From IMG/VR virus record IMGVR_UViG_3300006141_000001: 64,000 nt of DNA; one strand, 5' to 3'. This document shows, one piece after another, positions 30,301 to 39,195 of the stretch. Made by a program: the position numbers and the translations under genes. Every line of letters begins with the position of its first letter. Position 1 is the stretch's first letter. Below the pieces are notes generated by a model, which saw only the letters and a program-made list of their open reading frames with translations, did no database searches and was not told the origin of the DNA. Source of the stretch: a virus.

Positions 30301-30662
30301 ACTAAGGCAGAATCTGTATTTGCGTTATTTTTATCACCAATATACCTTATTGTCTGGCTTTTTTCGTATACCTTATCCATCATATGAACAAAGTCTTTTT
30401 TATAATTGCGATATTCCTTATACATTTTTGATACAACTGGGTAATGTTCTTCCAGGACAGACTCTACAATATTATGCATATCATAAATTTCTGTGTCCTC
30501 TAAATCATTTTCAACTAACTTATCCCATACCGCATTGCAGATAATTTGGTAGTCATCATTTGTAAGCTTAACCATTGCGCGCCTTGCCGCTTTATTACAT
30601 GCATTGATTATTTTTTGCTCATCATATTGTTCTAGTACTCCATCTTTCTTTATTATTCGCAA
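27396..30662 (-). CDS. nrdD: Anaerobic (class III) ribonucleoside-triphosphate reductase with ATP-cone, intein-containing
   Basis: IIKKDG ATP cone, YIHD, NCC, TPAESL, C-terminal Zn site and RMNGYLG glycyl-radical loop. Confidence 0.96.
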   Translation of the reverse strand: MRIIKKDGVLEQYDEQKIINACNKAARRAMVKLTNDDYQIICNAVWDKLVENDLEDTEIYDMHNIVESVLEEHYPVVSKMYKEYRNYKKDFVHMMDKVYEKSQTIRYIGDKNNANTDSALVATKRSLIFNELNGELYKKFFLTLDEKQAMKDGYIYIHDRSARLDTFNCCLFRIGEVMKNGFEMGNIWYNEPNSLNTAFGVMGDIILATAAQQYGGFTIPEVDKMLVPYAEKSYEKYLEEFDSICTDLDYDISKYEHDFRNERNKYANKKVRRDFEQGWQGIEYKLNTVGSSRGDYPFVTMTIGLSTEKFGKMAAITLLNVHKNGQGKNGFKRPVLFPKIVFLYDKNLHGDGSDRYQNADVFNAGIDCSSKTMYPDWLSLTGNGYVCDMYKKYGRVVSPMGCVDGKEIVTYKYNSMLYAESFERMWNRLSDYFEPKQQISGQPHQYMDLENVEIYDTEKGFVNTKKIIRNMSDNWVDLHLSNGRRLLCTSDHPITTTDNITKKAGELDKGEQILINSSQYTQENIVFNKDKAWLLGFLLCDGCYQGNKVFASIAAEEENDIEENFHAVFKKYFDLDSKTILQKRGKKGVYKDLAAIADCNNNLQRTINYLTKKFEGINKNNRHIPNEVFSWDYESKLSFLAGMIDADGYINKDSHGGSVVQIGSTNKELALQQMALAQALAMPAKLYHNHYTKKNPNAIRYRVEFYPIEELLNYIVCLKKRNSYIEMVSDHYNTNAEVIEVLPVESTMYSYDVTTDSEHFEVSGIYSHNCRAFLSPWYEKGGMYPLDENDKPVFEGRFNLGVVSLHLPMILAKAKQESKNFYDVLYNYLELIRGLHKRTYDYVGELRASVNPVAFCEGGLYGGRLKPEEKIKSILPPMTISFGITALNELQRLYNGKSIREDGEFALEVMQYIQKYVDRIKEEDNILYAIYGTPAESLCGLQIEQFRKMYGMIENVSDRSYVSNSFHCHVSEDMSPIEKQDKEERFWPYFNGGKIQYCRYNLGYNVEAIKTLVLRAMEKGFYEGVNLAMCYCEDCGYQQVEMDVCPKCGSEMITKIDRMNGYLGFTRVHGETRYNEAKNAEIKDRKSM
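28356..29459 (-). mobile_element. Intein with LAGLIDADG homing endonuclease (368 aa)
   Basis: SPMG|CVDGKE...TSDHP...LLGFLLCDG...FLAGMIDADG...YDVT...SHN|CRAFL. Confidence 0.95.
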
Positions 30663-30714
30663 TAATTTATTCCTCCATCATTTTTTAACCTAAGAAACTT
30701 ATTATTTTTTGTTT

Positions 30715-30942
30715 TCATATTTTTACGAATGTATCAAATTGTTTGCAGTTATTACGCATCAATAATATCTGTAAATAAAATTTTTGATATAATCTTAAAT
30801 TAAGGCCAAGCACTGATTCTAAAAAATTAATTTTGTCATTAACATCTTTATTAATACCTTTCATTTTAAACTGCGAAAAAATATATGCAGCACCTGTTGA
30901 TTTTCCAGAACCTGGGACTCCAAATAAATTAACTGCTATAAT
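30715..30942 (-). pseudogene. Truncated P-loop kinase (NadR/AAA_28-like)
   Basis: GGAGG RBS, ATT start, VNLFGVPGSGKST Walker A; kinase-like sequence lost after ~31 aa. Confidence 0.65.
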
Positions 30943-30974
30943 TTTTCCTCCTACTTTTTATCATATTTTTTTAA

Positions 30975-31211
30975 TCAGTTATAAGCACCAATATTCTTTA
31001 TTTCTTCGTAAAAACATTCTATTTTTTTACCATCATCTGTATTTGGTTTTATGCCAACAACATTCCCCAATAAAGAAGCAACTCCTAATACACTACAGCC
31101 ATCAATCGTATATCTTCCATATGTCACGTCAATATCCATCTTATCCCTGTAAGTGTCGCAAATTTTACATAAGTCTTTTACAGTATCTAACGTTTCAAGA
31201 TATAAGAGCAT
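30975..31211 (-). CDS. HPr-like protein
   Basis: IDGCSVLGVASL resembles HPr VDAKSILGLLSL; no His15. Confidence 0.65.
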   Translation of the reverse strand: MLLYLETLDTVKDLCKICDTYRDKMDIDVTYGRYTIDGCSVLGVASLLGNVVGIKPNTDDGKKIECFYEEIKNIGAYN

Positions 31212-31249
31212 CCCATCATCCTTTCTTTTTATAATATTCTCGTGCTTGT

Positions 31250-31687
31250 TTATGTAAGATAAAAATTCTTTACATATTCTATCATCTCATTGATATCAGA
31301 AAAAATCCTATTGCACATTTCTATTTGCCACGGATGTAGATTCTGGCTATTCTCGTCTAATCCAATAATGTCAATGCCTCTGTCATATGCTATTGCTAAT
31401 TCAGCCATTGTGCCTAAAGAGTACATATCATTAAAGTTTACAATTATTAGTTTTGAATCTTTCACCCTTCTTATATCAAAATTCATAACTTCCCTTTCAC
31501 TTTTATATCGTGGCGGGCTATCTTTAAAATTGAAATAATCATTCGGATTGGTGACATAAGCCTTATATTTACTTTCAAAATTCTCTAAACAATGTTTACA
31601 CTGAATGCGCCATTTATTTGCTTTATCAAATTCATTCTTTCCAAATTTCCCCATTCCTCCGCATAGATAAATTTTAAATGTTTCCAT
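31250..31687 (-). CDS. Nucleoside 2-deoxyribosyltransferase-like / nucleotide N-glycosidase
   Basis: IYLCGGM, FDIRRVKDSKLIIV, SLGTMAELAIAY motifs. Confidence 0.85.
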   Translation of the reverse strand: METFKIYLCGGMGKFGKNEFDKANKWRIQCKHCLENFESKYKAYVTNPNDYFNFKDSPPRYKSEREVMNFDIRRVKDSKLIIVNFNDMYSLGTMAELAIAYDRGIDIIGLDENSQNLHPWQIEMCNRIFSDINEMIEYVKNFYLT

Positions 31688-31688
31688 T

Positions 31689-32246
31689 TTATTTCTCCTT
31701 TATTGCTTTTTTGTATATACATAGAATCATTTCTGCTAAAACTCTTGGTTTGATATTTATCCCATCATTTCTGATTACAAAATCAACGTCATTATTGAAA
31801 ATTTCACGAAATATTTGGGTATCATCTTTTAGCCGTCTTTTTATTTCTGTTATGTTATCTCCGCGCTGCTTAATTCTTTCAAAAATTGTATCCTCACTAA
31901 CTAATATGAAAAACGATATTGGATTTAACGATTCCATCTTTTTTAATTTCTTTAATGCATATGGGCTTGCGACCATAACTTTATCTTCTATTAAATCTTT
32001 CATTGCTGTACCATAATACCAGGTATCACCAGATGCAACATTGTATGATGTGGTTTCTATAAAAAAATTATTTTTTTCTTTTTCCTTAAATTCATCTTTT
32101 GTAATAAAGTGGTATGCTGTATTATTAGTTTCATTTTTCCTAGGAGGACGGGTAGTGTATGGAATCACCTTGCCAATCCCCATGTTTGTTAATTCGTTCT
32201 GGATTGTGTCTTTGCCAGAACATGGCTTGCCAACAAGTAAAATCAT
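31689..32246 (-). CDS. gmk: Guanylate kinase-like (d)NMP kinase
   Basis: GKPCSGKDT, YTTRPPRKNE, YHFIT, WYYGT, RGD. Confidence 0.85.
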   Translation of the reverse strand: MILLVGKPCSGKDTIQNELTNMGIGKVIPYTTRPPRKNETNNTAYHFITKDEFKEKEKNNFFIETTSYNVASGDTWYYGTAMKDLIEDKVMVASPYALKKLKKMESLNPISFFILVSEDTIFERIKQRGDNITEIKRRLKDDTQIFREIFNNDVDFVIRNDGINIKPRVLAEMILCIYKKAIKEK

Positions 32247-32248
32247 TT

Positions 32249-33031
32249 CTATTTCCTTTCTTCTTCCAGTTCATCAATAAAAATTAGGTTCTGTGCATAT
32301 GGTAATGTTCTTGCCCATGAAATAAAATTAGGTTTTGTGTTATCGTCTTGTCCTGACCATTCATTTAACTTATGGAATCTTCTTTGTCCTTTACTACACA
32401 TTGCATGTAAGTTTTCATATGACATAGTTACTGTTCTTGTTTGTAACCATGATTCAGGTATCCAACGAATAAGTTCTTTCCAATACTTCTTGTCTTTTGT
32501 TTCCATATATCTTTGCCGCAACTGTTCTAAACAATCAATCATACATAATTCGCCTTCATTCATAAGGGCATTAATTGTAATATCAGAATCATTATAATTA
32601 TCACTATTAATAACTTTTATTTCTGGAGAATAATCATCAATTTCAAAACAATCTAATGTAATAGGTGTAACTGCCAGTTTGTGCATTGTACTTGTGCTAT
32701 TCGCAACTGTCCCAATTTTGTATGTATCAAAATCTTTCCACCAGTACAGTGGTGCTGTAATATCTACAGATACAAATATCTGGTGCATAAACTTTCTATG
32801 CTCAGAACCCGCTTTTATAAGTCTCTGCGCAAGTTTCATGTCATATTTACCAATTTTGAATTTATGGTCAAACGAATGTTCACAGTATTGTTCTGAACAA
32901 TTTTCGCACTGTATCCCATCATCTCCACCTTTGCATATGCCGCTATCTGATTTATCATAATTTTTTACATAATTTTTCATTATCCTTAATGCTATATCAA
33001 AATTTCTTACAATAGTGTTTTCAAATTTCAT
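32249..33031 (-). CDS. ThyX-fold protein A (non-canonical)
   Basis: EHRKFM...ITAPLYWWKDFDTYK...STSTMH...IPESWLQTRTVTMSYENL...HKLNEW aligns with the ThyX core; RHR replaced by TYK. Confidence 0.6.
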   Translation of the reverse strand: MKFENTIVRNFDIALRIMKNYVKNYDKSDSGICKGGDDGIQCENCSEQYCEHSFDHKFKIGKYDMKLAQRLIKAGSEHRKFMHQIFVSVDITAPLYWWKDFDTYKIGTVANSTSTMHKLAVTPITLDCFEIDDYSPEIKVINSDNYNDSDITINALMNEGELCMIDCLEQLRQRYMETKDKKYWKELIRWIPESWLQTRTVTMSYENLHAMCSKGQRRFHKLNEWSGQDDNTKPNFISWARTLPYAQNLIFIDELEEERK

Positions 33032-33049
33032 TATACTCTATCCTCCCTT

Positions 33050-33772
33050 TTAGTTTTTTATTTTTTCAAATAATTCTCTATTAATTTTTGGTTGGAAATT
33101 TTCGATTTGATCAGCGATAATTTCACAACATTCTTTCACTTCTGGGTTGGCATTTCCCTTTTTATTCCTCTCTTTAAATACATGCGCCCATTCCGTTAAA
33201 TTTACTTTAAACATAAATGTGCTTGACAACCCAAGCATATATAAGCCACGCAATGAATCAGGGTTATTTTTATATTCTTCTAAAACATATCCGTTCTGGC
33301 ATTTTACATAATTTTCTCCGTTATATGTTATTTTACCTGGTGTATCTAGTTCAAGATAAGCCAAAGCAACATCTGTAGGAATTACTCTGTCTTGATAAAA
33401 ATCGGATAGTTTTGTATCCATCGTTTTTACTCTGGTTGATAAACGAATAATGCGGTTATCAAATCGTTTCGCATGAGAATCCCAATCGTCTTGCCCTCCA
33501 CGGTGTAAGCCATCAACAGTAATAGAAAAGTCAATAAAGCGGAGTAAAGTAATGTGCTTCCAGCCCCATTTCATTAATTTGCTAAGATAGCCATTAAACC
33601 GTTCCACTTCTTCAAGATCAGCATCTGGTATAAATCTGCCAAACCTATCCAATACTTTATCATGTAAACTTCTAATATCAGTTTCCAATTCTTTGCTCCA
33701 ATTGCCTGTGCTTATAAACATAGATACAATAGCATCATCTAGTCCTGTTATGCGATTCAAATAAATATTCAT
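33050..33772 (-). CDS. ThyX-fold protein B (non-canonical)
   Basis: KHITLLRFIDFSITVDGLHR...WDSHA...LSTR...FKVNLTEWAHVFKER...ANPEV aligns with the ThyX core; RHR replaced by SHA. Confidence 0.6.
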   Translation of the reverse strand: MNIYLNRITGLDDAIVSMFISTGNWSKELETDIRSLHDKVLDRFGRFIPDADLEEVERFNGYLSKLMKWGWKHITLLRFIDFSITVDGLHRGGQDDWDSHAKRFDNRIIRLSTRVKTMDTKLSDFYQDRVIPTDVALAYLELDTPGKITYNGENYVKCQNGYVLEEYKNNPDSLRGLYMLGLSSTFMFKVNLTEWAHVFKERNKKGNANPEVKECCEIIADQIENFQPKINRELFEKIKN

Positions 33773-33908
33773 ATTTTGTTCTCCTTTTCATTTTGGCATT
33801 TAAAGTTTGATCTACCAAATTGTTTGCAATAATATTGTATCCTTCATCAATAATTGTTTCGTTTTTAGTGCTTTAGTTTTCTTTATAGTCTCCATAATTT
33901 TTTGTCTC

Positions 33909-34486
33909 TTAATTAAACATTTTTAATGCTCTCATTGGGACAATATCAATGTCATCATCAATTATTCTTTCATCCGATATTAGCGCATCTACCATTGCTG
34001 CATTAAAGTCATGAATATCTATAAAAACTTGTTTTATATTGTATTGATTGCAAATCACAGGAATAGTAGAAACAACATCATATATTGAATTACAATTGTG
34101 CATACACAGTTTCTCTTCTAACGGATTCATTACCTTTATCACAGATTTATATTTACTTTTACTATTGAAATCCATATCTATATATATGAAACCATTAATA
34201 GTACCTTTCAATTTACGTTTTTCAATTCGTTTATTTTTTTCTTCATTATATTTTTCATTAAACTGGTGTTCCATATAAAGTTGTTTTTTTGAAACTCTTC
34301 TTTCATAAATGCCGCACTTTTAAAAGCATGATAGCAATTTGCATTACAGCCATCACATGGATCCTTCCCTTCCCGTACAAGACAATATACTAATTCTCCA
34401 TCTAAAACACATTCTGATGGCACAAGTCCTTTTTTAATGCATCTATCCAATAACTCTTTTTCATATTGTTCTTCCATATGATCCAC
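33909..34486 (-). CDS. Hypothetical protein split into two overlapping frames at an A7 run
   Basis: ORFs 34208-34486 and 33909-34274 join by a -1 shift at A_AAA_AAC (34283-34289); no RBS before the second ATG. Confidence 0.55.
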
Positions 34487-34590
34487 TCCCAGTTTTAATT
34501 CGACTTTAACTGTTTTCTCTTACTTCCAATCAACATCTACGTCCATTTTTGTATTAGAATCACTTCATTTATAAACCAAAAATTTTATTG

Positions 34591-34800
34591 TCATATATTG
34601 TTAGTGACCTTAGTATCTTCAATCGTTTTAACACAGTAATAAAACCTAATTTTCTTTCCAGATGGTGAAATTGTTTTAGGCTGGCAATTTATATAATATT
34701 TCTTCCCTCTAACTTCTACTATGTCACCAATTTTCAATGTTTTATTTTTCACAATTGCAATTGGAATAATATGATTCCATACGCCATATAATAATTGCAT
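34591..34800 (-). CDS. Hypothetical protein
   Basis: AAAGGA RBS, 69 aa. Confidence 0.6.
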   Translation of the reverse strand: MQLLYGVWNHIIPIAIVKNKTLKIGDIVEVRGKKYYINCQPKTISPSGKKIRFYYCVKTIEDTKVTNNI

Positions 34801-34841
34801 AGTATTTACGTTTCCTTTCTATCTGAATAAAATAAATCTTT

Positions 34842-35555
34842 TTATCTATAAAATGTGTGACCTATACTGTCAGTAAAAACTGCCTTTAAATTATTTTTAT
34901 TCCAAGATCCTCCGTTTGTACGATCAAATGCTACGCAGTCATATGCCGTAGATCCAAACATGTATGTATATTCAACCGCTAAAATTTCTTCTTCTGTCAC
35001 ATCTACAGTATATATCCTCCCATCATATGTTGGTGTGAATTGAGGGCTTCCATTTGTTTCAAAAATTATGCTTAATATGTCATTTGGGTATTTCTGTGAT
35101 TCAAGCCTGTTCCATACGACACTCGCCACATTGCACTTTGATTCAAAATCCCCTCCGCCAGCTTCCGCAGTTACAAGCCTATAGAACATATTGAGCTGGT
35201 CACTACCATAATGCTGGTATACAGAATCAGGGATTCCTATGTATTCTGAATATTCAAGATATTGTTCCCTTATCTCTTTATAAGAAATAAACCAATTTTT
35301 CCTATTTGTGTATTCTATATTATTTACTTTTAATATAAATTCCTGTCTCTTTTTCTCTGGTTCACTAAGAATATTTTCTATTTTTGCAAGATTGGTGTTA
35401 CAATGCTTCGGTAGCCTATATTTACTCATTTCTATTGAAATTTTTATATCCCCAGGCAACTCGCACGGAGATAAAGAGTACTTTGGAATTGCCCCATTCA
35501 ACATAATTGATGATAATGCGGCTAATAAACCTATATTTATAATTTTGTTCTTCAT
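34842..35555 (-). CDS. Cell wall hydrolase, SleB/Hydrolase_2 family
   Basis: Signal-like N-terminus; RLVTAEAGG...VASVVWNRL...YPNDI...QFTP...IGHTFY. Confidence 0.88.
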   Translation of the reverse strand: MKNKIINIGLLAALSSIMLNGAIPKYSLSPCELPGDIKISIEMSKYRLPKHCNTNLAKIENILSEPEKKRQEFILKVNNIEYTNRKNWFISYKEIREQYLEYSEYIGIPDSVYQHYGSDQLNMFYRLVTAEAGGGDFESKCNVASVVWNRLESQKYPNDILSIIFETNGSPQFTPTYDGRIYTVDVTEEEILAVEYTYMFGSTAYDCVAFDRTNGGSWNKNNLKAVFTDSIGHTFYR

Positions 35556-35599
35556 ATATCAATTCTTTCGAATTTATAATCACCTCTTTATTTAGCTGG

Positions 35600-37567
35600 T
35601 TATGTTGGAATCATTTCCAAAAACTGTTCTTCTGAAATAATTGGTATATTCAGTTCATTTGCTTTTTTATTCTTGCCAGAGGTACTTTGGGTGTCATTAT
35701 TTATTAAGAATGAAGTTTTATTGCTGACGCTTCCTGATACCTTTCCACCAAAGTTTTCTATTACAGAAACCAGTTCCTCCCTATTTGTATAATGCTTTAG
35801 CTTGCCTGTAATCACAAATGTCTTTCCATTGAAAATATCATTTCCTATTTCATTATTTTGGATTTTGAAAACAAATTCTTCTGCAAGTTCGTTAAGCGTT
35901 CCTGAGAATTCCTGGAGATAGATTGATACAGATTCGCCCATAGCTTCTCCGAAATCTTCTAGCTGTTTCCAATCAAAATCTACGGAACTAACAAATGATT
36001 TAAAATCATCTCTAAAGTATTTTGAGATTGTTTTGCTTGCTGTCCTGCCAATAAGTGGAATAGACAATGAGTATATGAACCTGTCTAAAGTCGTGTTTCT
36101 TGCCATTTCTATTGCGCCTAAAATCTTCTTAACAGATTTTTCTCCAAATCCATCCAATTTCTCCATTTGTTCTTTATGTTCAGACAGTCGCATAATGTCA
36201 GCAAATGACTTAACCCATCCAAGGTTTATGAATTTCTGTAGTGTCTGTTCAGACAGCCCATCTATATTGATTGCGTTTCTGCTTACAAAGTGAGACATTT
36301 TTCCAAGCAGTTTGCCAGTACATAACCCATTGGAACATACAAGGTTTTCTGTATTGTTTGTTTTTACAATTTTGGTTTCACTTTTGCAAATAGGGCAGTG
36401 TTTAGGAACAGAAATAATATTATCATCTGTTGTTTCAATATCATCAAATTCTACTGAATTAATTTGTGGGATTATTGAATTCGCTTTATAAACATTAACA
36501 GTTTGTCCTTTGTGTGTAATCCCAAGTTCTTTCATTATTGATAGGTTATGTAATGAAGCCCTTCCCACCATAGTGCCGTCAATTTCTATTGGCTCAAATA
36601 TAGCAGTCGGTGTCAAAATGCCTGTTTTCCCCATGGTAAATTCTACATCCAGTAATTTTGTAGGATAGATGTCATCATAAAATTTGAACGCAATCTGTGA
36701 ATTTACATGATGGGATGTTATGCCTAAAGATTCCCCATATTTTATATCATCATAGGAAAATACAATTCCATCTATCGGAAATCCTAATGATTGTGCTTTA
36801 AATTGGAGGGAATCAATGGATTTTTTTATATCATCTTCTGATGCATTTTCATGTATTGTGATATGCGGGACAGTTTCAAACCCAATACTTTGAAGAAATT
36901 CTAATCTTTTCCCAAAACTGTTCGTGTCTGTACCCTCAACGCATTTCCAGGCAATGAATCTCAGACCTCTATCTTTAGTAATATTGCTATCTAATTGCCT
37001 TATTGATCCGCTTGCCAGGTTCCTTGGATTCTTGTATTTATTATCTTCTGATAAACTAAGATTTATTTTTTCGAATGTTTCATAGTCAATAATCATCTCT
37101 CCATCAACGATTACTTCTTCATTAGCGATTTTTATTGGAATATTTTCTACTGTTTTTGCATTATGTAACACATCTTCCCCAATTTCCCCGTTCCCTCTCG
37201 TTTCGGCAGAGACAAGGCTTTGCTTATACATTAGTGAGCAGGTAAGCCCATCCATCTTCAGCATAGCTATTCCTTTTCTTCCATCTAAAAATTTAACTAT
37301 ATCAGATGTAGATTTAGTTTTATCAAGTGACAACATAGGATGATTATGTCTTACTTTTTTTAATTCTGATTTTACTTCATATCCAACTGATTGCGTTGGA
37401 GAGTTTGACATCACAATATTTGTTTCTTCTTCAAGTTTCTTCAACTCGTCAAATAACTTATCATATTCATAATCAGGGATTTCTGATGTTGAATTATTAT
37501 AATACGAATCATTGTATTGATTAAGAAGTTTAACCAGTTTGTTTATTCGGTCTATCTTACTATGCAA
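35600..37567 (-). CDS. ligA: NAD-dependent DNA ligase
   Basis: YY...DYEYD, HPMLSLDK, KMDG adenylation motif, TRGNG, NPRN, Zn finger, HhH, BRCT. Confidence 0.96.
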   Translation of the reverse strand: MHSKIDRINKLVKLLNQYNDSYYNNSTSEIPDYEYDKLFDELKKLEEETNIVMSNSPTQSVGYEVKSELKKVRHNHPMLSLDKTKSTSDIVKFLDGRKGIAMLKMDGLTCSLMYKQSLVSAETRGNGEIGEDVLHNAKTVENIPIKIANEEVIVDGEMIIDYETFEKINLSLSEDNKYKNPRNLASGSIRQLDSNITKDRGLRFIAWKCVEGTDTNSFGKRLEFLQSIGFETVPHITIHENASEDDIKKSIDSLQFKAQSLGFPIDGIVFSYDDIKYGESLGITSHHVNSQIAFKFYDDIYPTKLLDVEFTMGKTGILTPTAIFEPIEIDGTMVGRASLHNLSIMKELGITHKGQTVNVYKANSIIPQINSVEFDDIETTDDNIISVPKHCPICKSETKIVKTNNTENLVCSNGLCTGKLLGKMSHFVSRNAINIDGLSEQTLQKFINLGWVKSFADIMRLSEHKEQMEKLDGFGEKSVKKILGAIEMARNTTLDRFIYSLSIPLIGRTASKTISKYFRDDFKSFVSSVDFDWKQLEDFGEAMGESVSIYLQEFSGTLNELAEEFVFKIQNNEIGNDIFNGKTFVITGKLKHYTNREELVSVIENFGGKVSGSVSNKTSFLINNDTQSTSGKNKKANELNIPIISEEQFLEMIPT

Positions 37568-37695
37568 TATCTTACCTCCTGTTTTTTTATTTTCTTTTTA
37601 ATTACCTTCGTAATCTCTTCTATAATACAAATGCCAATAATAACTTTAATATAAATAATAAGTATATAAATAATACTTTCTAAATATTTAAACAT
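37552..37695 (-). CDS. Small membrane protein (47 aa)
   Basis: GGGGTGG RBS; IIYILIIYIKVIIGICII hydrophobic stretch and basic tail. Confidence 0.5.
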   Translation of the reverse strand: MFKYLESIIYILIIYIKVIIGICIIEEITKVIKKKIKKQEVRYCIVR

Positions 37696-37707
37696 ATTCC
37701 ACCCCGT

Positions 37708-38040
37708 TTAATCTATCATCGAAACAAGTATATTTCCCAGACCGTCACCTCCTTCAATATCAAAAATGACTTTTTCTTTCCTCATTTTATTTACAACTTT
37801 TGATACTTTAGATTTTGGTATTTCAAGGCGTTCAGATACGGACTGAATAAGTTTTTCTTTTATCATTTCTTTCCCTTTTAATACTTCTTTTATTTCATCT
37901 CTAATATTGCCATCATTAATCAAATCCTGTGTATCTACTAATACTAAACTGTAAATTTTATATTTGTTCATGTCTATATCAGGGATGTCGGATACATTTT
38001 CTACAATGATTTTTTCATCCTCATTAAGCAATAAATACAT
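37708..38040 (-). CDS. Hypothetical protein, possible C-terminal winged helix
   Basis: GGAGGG RBS; LEIPKSKVSKVVNKMRKEKVI. Confidence 0.65.
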   Translation of the reverse strand: MYLLLNEDEKIIVENVSDIPDIDMNKYKIYSLVLVDTQDLINDGNIRDEIKEVLKGKEMIKEKLIQSVSERLEIPKSKVSKVVNKMRKEKVIFDIEGGDGLGNILVSMID

Positions 38041-38056
38041 AAAACTGATCCCCTCC

Positions 38057-38356
38057 TTACGTATATAACTGGAATTTTTTCCCTATTTGGTCTATGACTT
38101 CTGATTCCATTGGACGGAACCCAATAACTGTTAGAGTCCGTCCATTTTCTTCTGGCTCTAGTTCTGTAAGGCAATTGTCTTTTATTAGCCAGAAATCTTT
38201 ATTCTCCTTCAACCCCAATTTTTCTGCCATTGTTTTTGCTTTTAGTAACTGATATTTATTCTTTGCCTGGAGGACACATTTTGTAAATACTTGGGCTGAT
38301 AATTTTCCAGGTGACATATTCAAATCTTTACGGGCAATAATACATTGTTTATACAT
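38057..38356 (-). CDS. Peptidyl-tRNA hydrolase Pth2-like, internally deleted
   Basis: KQCIIARKDLNMSPGKLSAQV joined directly to FTKCVL; DNCLTE and TVIGFRP motifs present. Confidence 0.7.
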   Translation of the reverse strand: MYKQCIIARKDLNMSPGKLSAQVFTKCVLQAKNKYQLLKAKTMAEKLGLKENKDFWLIKDNCLTELEPEENGRTLTVIGFRPMESEVIDQIGKKFQLYT

Positions 38357-38372
38357 CTGCTCATCTTCTTTC

Positions 38373-38717
38373 TTATTCAATATATTTATATTTCCATTTG
38401 CAAATATCAACTTGGCTTCTACATCTGTCACAGTCCCCGTTGTCCCACACAATAAAATTATACCAAGCATGTCCCATCCATTGATGATTATCCCATTCTC
38501 TCCCATCTTTATCCTTCACAATAATCCATTTACCCTCTAACGGTTTAATAGATGCGTCAAACCATTGGTCATCATTATCTACTTCGAAACCCACAAAAAT
38601 TCCGTTTTCATATCTAATTTTGTATTCTTTATCTCCTATGAGTACAATTGCATCTTTCGCCCTAGTTACCCTTAATGGCTGCCTGCCTATCCGTTTATAT
38701 ATTTCTAAAAGTTTCAT
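38373..38717 (-). CDS. Hypothetical protein (DUF551-like C-terminus)
   Basis: WFDASIKPLEGKWIIV...DICKW. Confidence 0.65.
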   Translation of the reverse strand: MKLLEIYKRIGRQPLRVTRAKDAIVLIGDKEYKIRYENGIFVGFEVDNDDQWFDASIKPLEGKWIIVKDKDGREWDNHQWMGHAWYNFIVWDNGDCDRCRSQVDICKWKYKYIE

Positions 38718-39184
38718 TATTTTATACCTGTCCTTCCGAATCCACCACGATCCTCATTTCCAAGAGATTCTACTTCAACAAAATTTATATGGGGTTGTTT
38801 TTTCATGATACGGAACTGGGCAATTCTATCTCCACGCATAATCCATGTTTTACCCTCACTTATTGGATTTACACATACTACTGGCATCATCCATTGGTCA
38901 TTATCCCCACAGTATGAATTATCAACAATTCCAATAGAATTTGTCTGCATAATGCCAAAATTCTTAAATGTGGAGCTTCTTGGTGCAATATGTGCTTCAT
39001 ACCCTTCTGGCAATTCCATAGCAATTCCAAGTTTAATCTGCTTATACTCTCCTTGTTTAATTTCAACATTTTCATCAGCGCAAAGGTCAATCCAGTCACC
39101 AATAGCAATTTTTTTTAGCCTTTTACAATCATCTTTAAAATATTTGACTTTTACTTGTAATACCTTGTTATTTTCTGTCTCCAT
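38717..39184 (-). CDS. dut: Trimeric dUTPase
   Basis: [31 protein letters not shown] motifs. Confidence 0.95.
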   Translation of the reverse strand: METENNKVLQVKVKYFKDDCKRLKKIAIGDWIDLCADENVEIKQGEYKQIKLGIAMELPEGYEAHIAPRSSTFKNFGIMQTNSIGIVDNSYCGDNDQWMMPVVCVNPISEGKTWIMRGDRIAQFRIMKKQPHINFVEVESLGNEDRGGFGRTGIK

Positions 39185-39195
39185 ATTTTCTCCTT

